64,000 nt of DNA from Myxococcota bacterium (GTDB taxonomy: Bacteria; Myxococcota_A; SURF-8): contig OZ223209.1 in NCBI GenBank assembly GCA_965140415.1, forward strand, positions 1,856,001-1,920,000, read 5' to 3'. A program made the translations under genes and the position numbers. How positions within the stretch are numbered: the stretch's first letter is position 1; the number at the start of each line of letters is the position of its first letter. The notes under the pieces were generated by a model. That model had not been told where the DNA came from. It did not search any database and worked only from the letters and a program-made list of their open reading frames with translations. Below, in pieces: positions 48,791 to 55,678 of the stretch.

Positions 48791-50538
48791 TTGACCTCCG
48801 CGAAACTTTGAGTCTTGGTGGTGCATACACCCAATAACGGTGCGGATTTCTCCGCGATTTCCTTGAATGCCGGGCCGGCTACGTCGCCGCCGTAATATTT
48901 TTTCCCCATCGGTTCGTCCACCATCACGGCGATTAAAAGCTGGGGATTGTCAGCTGGCAGAAAGCCGACGAAGCTGCTGGTCCAGTAATCGCGAACCTTG
49001 TATTTCGCATTTTTAGCGAGCTTTTCCGCCGTACCGGTTTTTCCAGCAACCGGACAGCCTTCCACCTGCGCCTGCGTTCCGGTGCCGCCTTCCTGTACCG
49101 CAGCGACCAGCATCTGGCTGACCTGCTCGGCGATTTCTTCGGAAATCACGCGGCGTACTTCAACCGGTGGAAAGTCTTTCTTCACTTCACCTTCGGCGGT
49201 CAGCACTTGCTTGACTAGTCGCGGACGCATCAGGCGGCCTCCGTTAGCAATTACCGCAAAGGCGCTGGCCAATTGCAGCGGTGTGACGTTCAAACCCTGA
49301 CCGAAGGAAATGGTGGCCAATTCGACGGGTTGCCATCTTTCCGGTTTGGCCAGAATGCCACGTATTTCGGAAGGGAGGCGAATGCCCGTGGGCTGGGCAA
49401 AGCCGAAACGCAGCAGGTAGTCGTATAGCGTTTCTGCGCCTAATTCCGTTCCGATTTTGGCTACTCCAATATTGCTCGATTTGGCAAGCACGTCAGTGAT
49501 ACTCAACCAACCGTGTTTCTTGGTGTCGTGAATCGTGTCAGGACCGATGGTCAGTTCCCCGAAACCACAGTAAATTTTATCCTGCGGTTTATGCATTTCC
49601 TCCGCCAGTGCGGCTGAAATGATCATCGGTTTCAAGGTGCTACCCGGTTCATAGCTGTTTTCAATGGCGAAATTGTGCAGCCGTTCCTGGGGTATGCCGT
49701 TCAAATCATTCGGATCGAAAGTCGGGTATTGCGCCATGGCCAGGATTGCGCCTGTTTTGGGCTGCATGACGACCACGATCCCGCTTGCGGCTTTGTGTTC
49801 CTTAACCGTTTTCTTGATAACGTGTTCGGCGGCGAATTGCACGCCTTTGTCAATGGTGAGCAGTACATGATCGCCGGTCGGTGGGTCAAGGGACAGATCC
49901 AGCGTTTCCAGCGTGACGTTACCGAAGAGATCCTTCAGGCCCTTCAACTTGACGGCGTCGCTTTGCAGATCGTCATCGAAACTGCGCTCGACCCCCATTT
50001 TCCCATTCAAGTCGATATTGGTGAAACCAAGAATAGGCGCAGCCAGGCTGCCATTGGGGTAGAAACGCTTGTTTTCATCGGAGAGCAGCAGTCCGCGCGG
50101 ACGGTCGTCTTCCGGCAATGCGTTCATGGCGGATTGAAAACGGTCTATTTCTTTCTCGTTTAAACGGCGCTTGAGCCAGACGAAGTAGCGGTCGTAGTCG
50201 ATGCGTGCCAGTCGGTTGGCACGATTGCCGATGGTTTTTTTCGCTACCTGACGAGCGAATTCCTTTTCTTTGGGAGTCATGTTGCGCGGTTGTGCCGCTA
50301 AAGAGGGCACCTGCTTGTTGGTGGCCAGTAAGCGCTTCTGACGGTCGTAGATTTCACCTCGGCGCGGATGGATAACGATGGAGCCGATCGTTTGACGATT
50401 GGCCATGTTCCAGTGTTTTTCCCCATCGACTACCTGAATCGAAAACGCACGAATACCGATCAAGGCCATAAACATCAGCACCAGCGCCATGATGATGCCG
50501 ATTCTCAAATGCGTTTTTCGGTAGTTGCGGTCGAGCAT
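48787..50538 (-). CDS. ftsI: Penicillin-binding protein FtsI
   Basis: RGEIYDR, EPGSTLK (SxxK), SSN and KTGTA. Confidence 0.95.
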   Translation of the reverse strand: MLDRNYRKTHLRIGIIMALVLMFMALIGIRAFSIQVVDGEKHWNMANRQTIGSIVIHPRRGEIYDRQKRLLATNKQVPSLAAQPRNMTPKEKEFARQVAKKTIGNRANRLARIDYDRYFVWLKRRLNEKEIDRFQSAMNALPEDDRPRGLLLSDENKRFYPNGSLAAPILGFTNIDLNGKMGVERSFDDDLQSDAVKLKGLKDLFGNVTLETLDLSLDPPTGDHVLLTIDKGVQFAAEHVIKKTVKEHKAASGIVVVMQPKTGAILAMAQYPTFDPNDLNGIPQERLHNFAIENSYEPGSTLKPMIISAALAEEMHKPQDKIYCGFGELTIGPDTIHDTKKHGWLSITDVLAKSSNIGVAKIGTELGAETLYDYLLRFGFAQPTGIRLPSEIRGILAKPERWQPVELATISFGQGLNVTPLQLASAFAVIANGGRLMRPRLVKQVLTAEGEVKKDFPPVEVRRVISEEIAEQVSQMLVAAVQEGGTGTQAQVEGCPVAGKTGTAEKLAKNAKYKVRDYWTSSFVGFLPADNPQLLIAVMVDEPMGKKYYGGDVAGPAFKEIAEKSAPLLGVCTTKTQSFAEVK

Positions 50539-50555
50539 GACTCTTTCTGTTTCGA

Positions 50556-51044
50556 TTATTTCAGTTTCGTAATGTCGGAACTGCTAGGGCGGCGCATGCC
50601 GCGTTTTTCTGCATTTCGGATAATCAACTCCGGTTTCAAATAGGTCGTGATCTGGTTTTGAAGCTTTTCCTGTTGCAGATGCAAACTCTGCTCCTGGCGC
50701 ATTAACTCGGTGATTTTGAAGCGGGTTCGGCGATCGTGCACGACCGAGGACACGTAGACCAGGCAGATCGCAACCAGGGCTACGATAAGGGACACGAAAG
50801 CCAGTCGCTGAATGTTGCTGATCTGAAACGCGCCTTGTGGCTTGGCCACGGGCTTGGCTGCTTGGGCACCGGTATTGCGGCGGGTTTTGGTTTTTGCAGC
50901 GGCGGAGTTTGCATTGGCCAGTCTCACGCGGGTCGTGCGTGTTGCGGCGGTGCTACGTTTGGCCGTGCCGGATGAAGCGCTACGGCTTTTTTTCGGTAGG
51001 CTGATTGTAGCATAGCTCTTTTTCTGCTGAATGACATATTTCAT
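50556..51044 (-). CDS. ftsL: FtsL-like cell division protein with a long basic N-terminus
   Basis: Lies between rsmH and ftsI; single TM, coiled coil and A...GM..P tail. Confidence 0.7.
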   Translation of the reverse strand: MKYVIQQKKSYATISLPKKSRSASSGTAKRSTAATRTTRVRLANANSAAAKTKTRRNTGAQAAKPVAKPQGAFQISNIQRLAFVSLIVALVAICLVYVSSVVHDRRTRFKITELMRQEQSLHLQQEKLQNQITTYLKPELIIRNAEKRGMRRPSSSDITKLK

Positions 51045-51991
51045 CGGACACTCCTTTCCGCTACGCGCAGTTTGGCGCTACGGGCTCGGGGATTGGCCTC
51101 GATTTCTTTCTCGCTAGGCAATATCGGTTTCCGGGTCAGCACAACGGCTTCCCGGCGTTTATCACATCCGCAGACCGGCAGGTCCGGCGGGCAGATGCAG
51201 TCGATGGTCCAGTCGCGCATCGTGTGGCGCACGATACGATCTTCCAGGCTGTGATAGCTGATAACTGCAAGCCTGCCGCTCGGCTTGAGTGCATGCAGGG
51301 CCTGGGGTAGCAGTGCTTCCAGGCTGTCCAGTTCTCCGTTGACGGCAATGCGCAGCGCCTGGCAGGTCTGCGTGGCGGCATGAATACGCTTGGGATGAAA
51401 GCGGCGTGGAATCGCTTGCTCGACGATAGACGCCAGTTGGGTCATGTCGTTCAACTCACCTGCCTCCAACGCCTCTTTAAGCGCACGCGCAATGCGGTAG
51501 CCGTTGCGCTCTTCGCCGTAGCGGCTGATTATCGTCGCCAACTGTTTGGTGTCCAGTTGTTCGATCAGATCCTTCGCGCTGTTTCCTCGGCTTTGATCCA
51601 TGCGCATGTCGATGGGACCGGCGAAGCGGAAACTGAAGCCGCGTTCGGGATCGTCCAGTTGGCGGGAAGATAAACCCAGATCTGCCAGGATGCCATCTAC
51701 CGCTTCGATTTCAAGTTCCTCTAGTACCTGGGCCAGCTCGGCGAAGTTGGTTTGAACCATTTGCAAACGTTCGCCATAGCTGGACAGGCGCTGTCGGGTG
51801 TATTCGATTACCTGGGCGTCCAAGTCCAGACCGATCACCCGGCCTGTCGGTGCGGAGCGCTTCAGCATTTCTTCGATATGACCGCCGCCGTTTGCCGTAC
51901 AATCGACATACACACCGCCATCCACCGGTTGCAGCCAGTCCATGCATTGCGTAAGCAACACCGGCTTATGATGCAGCGCCAAACTCGTCAT
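51041..51991 (-). CDS. rsmH: 16S rRNA m4C1402 methyltransferase
   Basis: HKPVL, DCT..GGH, DLGLSS.QLD...RGFSF, ISYHSLEDR and NPRARSAKLR; start overlaps the STAS stop (TAATG). Confidence 0.96.
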   Translation of the reverse strand: MTSLALHHKPVLLTQCMDWLQPVDGGVYVDCTANGGGHIEEMLKRSAPTGRVIGLDLDAQVIEYTRQRLSSYGERLQMVQTNFAELAQVLEELEIEAVDGILADLGLSSRQLDDPERGFSFRFAGPIDMRMDQSRGNSAKDLIEQLDTKQLATIISRYGEERNGYRIARALKEALEAGELNDMTQLASIVEQAIPRRFHPKRIHAATQTCQALRIAVNGELDSLEALLPQALHALKPSGRLAVISYHSLEDRIVRHTMRDWTIDCICPPDLPVCGCDKRREAVVLTRKPILPSEKEIEANPRARSAKLRVAERSVR

Positions 51992-52323
51992 TACATCTGC
52001 TCCAGCGCCTGGCGAGGCGAGTCGAAACAATCGAAGGTCATCGGATAGCCGACTGCCGAGAAAATACTGGACACATAGTGGTTCATGCCCGCCAGTTGCA
52101 AGCTGCCATGTCTGCGACTCAATCGCCCAGCCACCGCAGCCAACAGATCGGCGGTGCGATAGTAAATATGCGAGGTGGCGCTTAAATCGATGACGAGTTG
52201 CCGGATGCCGTCGTCTTCCAGATTTTCCAGTGCGCGACGCAGCACGGGCAGGTCTTGACGGTCGATGACCGATCCTGCCGAAATAATGGCGATTCCCGTT
52301 CGTGGTTGACGAATGGTGAGCAT
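51991..52323 (-). CDS. STAS-domain protein
   Basis: G..ID...L...L..L....LVIDLS....I....L.L......V..IF..VG pattern; translationally coupled to rsmH. Confidence 0.75.
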   Translation of the reverse strand: MLTIRQPRTGIAIISAGSVIDRQDLPVLRRALENLEDDGIRQLVIDLSATSHIYYRTADLLAAVAGRLSRRHGSLQLAGMNHYVSSIFSAVGYPMTFDCFDSPRQALEQM

Positions 52324-52395
52324 ACTTCCGGTCTCCCAAGTTCCCAGTCGGTTATGAAAATCGAAAAGGCAATCAAATGAAAAATAGAAAAAATC

Positions 52396-52884
52396 TCAAC
52401 TGCTGAAATGGTGATTGTGCTTGAGCCACACATCGTGCGCTTTGGCGCGCAGCATATCGTCGATGGCTTCAAAGCGTTCCTTGGCCCAAAGTTCCATTTT
52501 CGAGCCGACACCGATCCACAGCACTTCGTTGTTCATCCCGGCCCAATCCCGGTAGAACTGTGGTAAAACCATGCGGCCCTGACGGTCCAGCTTGCATTCC
52601 ATCGCTCGTGAAATGTAACCGATGTACATGGCGTGGATCGCTTCCGGCTCTACTAGTCGGTTTACTTCCTCGCAACGTTGTTGCCATCCGCCCAAAGGCC
52701 AGATTTCGAAATAGCGTTGCTCCGGGTCATGGCCGGGAACGGCGATGATGCTTCCTGCTTCCTCTTCCGAAAGTTGGCTGCGGAAAGAACCGGGCATAAT
52801 CAGGCGAGCTTTGGCGTCGAATTCCTTCGCTACCATCCCCTGAAATAAATAGCCCTGTCGATCGTCCATGTTCACCATCAGCAA
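52396..52884 (-). CDS. mraZ: Division/cell wall transcriptional repressor MraZ
   Basis: FQG.....DAKARL.MP..FR and LDRQGRMVLP...GVG.K.ELW; start uncertain (52869-52884). Confidence 0.88.
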   Translation of the reverse strand: MLMVNMDDRQGYLFQGMVAKEFDAKARLIMPGSFRSQLSEEEAGSIIAVPGHDPEQRYFEIWPLGGWQQRCEEVNRLVEPEAIHAMYIGYISRAMECKLDRQGRMVLPQFYRDWAGMNNEVLWIGVGSKMELWAKERFEAIDDMLRAKAHDVWLKHNHHFSS

Positions 52885-52980
52885 ATGGTTGCGCCCCGAG
52901 GGGGAGTGTGTTAAAATCCCATCAATGTATTCGGGGTGTTAGCCCCGGTTTTCAACCCCCGAAGCATCCCCTTTTTTACA

Positions 52981-53020
52981 GAAAGTGGAAAAAAGTGGGC
53001 TAAAGTGGGCTGATATGGGA
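52981..53020. promoter_or_regulatory. MraZ-box-like direct repeats, four copies at 10-bp period
   Basis: GAAAGTGGAA AAAAGTGGGC TAAAGTGGGC TGATATGGGA, directly downstream of the mraZ -10. Confidence 0.75.
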
Positions 53021-53049
53021 ATTATAAGCAATACCCTATTATAGGGCAA
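53021..53049 (-). promoter_or_regulatory. dcw operon promoter
   Basis: TTGCCC-17 nt-TATAAT; includes the palindrome CCCTAT-T-ATAGGG. Confidence 0.7.
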
Positions 53050-53296
53050 GGTCTTTTTGGGACATCGTGTCTTTTTTTTCGTCGCTTTGCTATCTTGTAT
53101 GTCATCGCCAGGGAGGGCACAGGATATTGTGGTGTATAGTGCCTTGAACGGAGGATTTAAAAGCGACATGTAAAGGGCGATAGTCGTAAAAGATTAATAT
53201 CATTAATAATATAGGCGTTTTTAGTGTTGGAAGACCTTGGTTTGTGGTGATCGTTCCCAATCGGCTGGTAGTGTTTGTGAATGGGAGAAAGTGGGC

Positions 53297-55444
53297 ATGG
53301 CTCGTACCGTGGCTGAATACAAAGAAGACATTGCCCGACAGCGAGAGCAAATTCTTCAGATATATCTAACTCATTATCCGAACTACGACACCTCCCGTAT
53401 CGAAAAGGCAATGGATTATGCCGAGTTGTTGCATCGAGGTCAGATGCGTCGCAGCGGCAATCCCTACATTTTTCATCCCTTGGCCGTCACCCGCCTGGTG
53501 GCGGAAGCGGAACTGGATGAAAGCTGTTTGATTTCAGCCATTTTACACGACACGATTGAAGATACAGTCGCCAGTAAAGATGTGATTGCGGATAAATTCG
53601 ACCCGTACATCTCCGATCTGGTTCAGGCGATGACCAAGATCAAGAGCTATTCCGCTGAGCGCCGCGAAGAAGACAAGCGACTGACCTACAAGCGTATCCT
53701 GAAGGCGGCGAGTAAGGATATTCGGCCTTTATTGATCAAGATATATGACCGCTTAAATAACATGCGTGAGATGTCGCATATGCCCGAGGGGCATCGATTG
53801 CGGATTTCACGTGAGACTCTGGAGGTTTACGTTCCCCTGGCAAGGCGTCTTGGCATGAGCCGCGTAGAGCGGGAACTGATCAATCACTCCCTGAAATATC
53901 TCTATGCCAAACCCTATAAGGCGATCAAGGAACGTTTGGCCAAGGAAAGCGATCTACGCGAAGACGAAATCAGCGCAACGTTGGAACTCATCGATTCCAC
54001 CTTCCGCGCCCAGAATATCTGGTTGGAACTGGTTTCCGCCTGGCCGGCGGCTGCGGATTTCTACCAACCGAATATCGGTATTGCCACCGAAGGAGAAATT
54101 GAAGTACAGCTTAACCTGATCCTGCCGGAAATACAGAATTTATACCTGGCCTTGGGGATCATGCATCAGCTCTTCACTCCGGTACCGCTACAGATTCGCG
54201 ACATGGTGGCCAGCCCGATGGCCAACGGTTTCCGCGCGTTGTTGACCAAGGTGGTGATCGGGGGTCGTATCTATCGCGTGTCGATTTCCACGCCGGAAAT
54301 GTATCAGGTCAATCAACGTGGCATCGTTCACAACTGGAAGCAGAATCAGAACCGCCTGTCCGGTTATTACACCAATTACATGCAGATTCTGGAAGAACTG
54401 CTGGCCGACGAGGAAGTGCGCGTCGATGACGTGCTGCGTCAGTCCTCGGTGGATGGTCTGGCGATTTTCTCTCCGCGCAAAGATTTGTATATCCTGCCGG
54501 AGGGCAGCACGGTTATCGATTTCGCTTATGAGATCCACCAGCAGGTCGGTGAACACGCCAAAGAGGCGCTGGTAAACGGTGTCGCTCGACCCATCAGCCA
54601 CGAGTTGAAGACCGGGGATGTCGTGCGTATCATCACCGACAGCAAAGTACATCCGGAAAAGAACTGGGTGGATTTTGCGAAAAGCCCCAAAGCCCGGTCC
54701 AATATCAACAACTGGCTGCGGCGCGAAATGGAGCGGCGCATTGTCGAAATGGGGCGTTCTCTGCTGTTTGCGGAACTGGAAAAATACGGGCGCGATCCGT
54801 TGGTTGTAGTGGAAAGCGCGGAATTTAAGGAGATCTTAAAGCAGCATAAATTCAAGCTGGATGAGTTGTACCGGCGCATCGGATATCGGCAGATTATCGC
54901 GAGTCGCTTCGTTCGCAAGAACGGGATCATTCCGGCGGAACAGATAGACCGGCGTAAGCGCATCGAGCGGCAGTCGATCCGTGACCGTTTGTTCAATACG
55001 TTAAAGAGCAAACGCGGGCAGACCTGGAAGTTCAAAAAAGACGATATTTTCGTAAAATATGCGCGCTGTTGCAACCCGATCTTTGGAGACAAAGTGGTGG
55101 GAGTCTTAAGCGAAGGCAAAGGCGTGACCGTGCATCGCGACATCTGCCCGAATTTGAAAACGATCGAAGCCGACAAGCGTATTGAGGTGGAATGGGACAC
55201 CGAGGGTTTATCCACTTCAGCGCTTTTGAATCTGCATATCGGAGACCGGCAAGGTGTGATGGCCAAGATCCTGAATGTCGTCAACAAGCACGGCGTTAAT
55301 ATGAGTGAATTCAATGCCTATACGGTCGGTCACGAAGCCTTCATGAAAGTTCGGCTGGATGTGAATAGCCAGCGCGAACTGATAAAAATCGTGAACGATA
55401 TTCGTAAAATCGAAGAAGTGATCTCGATTACGCGCGAAGAGTAA
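53297..55444 (+). CDS. Long RelA/SpoT homolog (HD, degenerate SYNTH, TGS, ZFD, ACT)
   Basis: H.GQ.R.SG.PY..HP, LHDTIED, DRL.NMR, TGS (DFAY.IH..VG), CCNP..GD and a C-terminal ACT domain. Confidence 0.9.
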   Translation: MARTVAEYKEDIARQREQILQIYLTHYPNYDTSRIEKAMDYAELLHRGQMRRSGNPYIFHPLAVTRLVAEAELDESCLISAILHDTIEDTVASKDVIADKFDPYISDLVQAMTKIKSYSAERREEDKRLTYKRILKAASKDIRPLLIKIYDRLNNMREMSHMPEGHRLRISRETLEVYVPLARRLGMSRVERELINHSLKYLYAKPYKAIKERLAKESDLREDEISATLELIDSTFRAQNIWLELVSAWPAAADFYQPNIGIATEGEIEVQLNLILPEIQNLYLALGIMHQLFTPVPLQIRDMVASPMANGFRALLTKVVIGGRIYRVSISTPEMYQVNQRGIVHNWKQNQNRLSGYYTNYMQILEELLADEEVRVDDVLRQSSVDGLAIFSPRKDLYILPEGSTVIDFAYEIHQQVGEHAKEALVNGVARPISHELKTGDVVRIITDSKVHPEKNWVDFAKSPKARSNINNWLRREMERRIVEMGRSLLFAELEKYGRDPLVVVESAEFKEILKQHKFKLDELYRRIGYRQIIASRFVRKNGIIPAEQIDRRKRIERQSIRDRLFNTLKSKRGQTWKFKKDDIFVKYARCCNPIFGDKVVGVLSEGKGVTVHRDICPNLKTIEADKRIEVEWDTEGLSTSALLNLHIGDRQGVMAKILNVVNKHGVNMSEFNAYTVGHEAFMKVRLDVNSQRELIKIVNDIRKIEEVISITREE

Positions 55445-55483
55445 CCGGTTTCGCTCCTCTTTTCGTTTGACCATCAGACAACC

Positions 55484-55512
55484 TTGACAAGTACCTCAAG
55501 CTGACATAACCT
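55484..55512 (+). promoter_or_regulatory. Promoter of the metalloprotease gene
   Basis: TTGACA-17 nt-TAACCT. Confidence 0.6.
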
Positions 55513-55516
55513 ACCG

Positions 55517-55628
55517 GATCAAGAGCTTGATTCGCCATTTTGAATAACCCAGTCGTTATTTAGCGCAGTACTTTCGGAAGTATTTGCCAACAGGTGATAT
55601 GCGTTATACACGGCGCTTTCAAATGGCG
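55517..55628 (+). ncRNA. Candidate multibranch structured 5' leader
   Basis: Closing stem CGCCAUUU(U)GAA/UUCAAAUGGCG enclosing several internal hairpins. Confidence 0.35.
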
Positions 55629-55678
55629 TTGTCACGGCATACAAGTAGACATTTACCAGTAAAGCAGGAGGTTCGGTT

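Noticed and set aside
23181-52339. Long N-terminal extensions on recO, the dehydratase, murG and rsmH in the ORF track
   Set aside because: They overlap upstream genes in another frame; family similarity begins at the internal ATGs.
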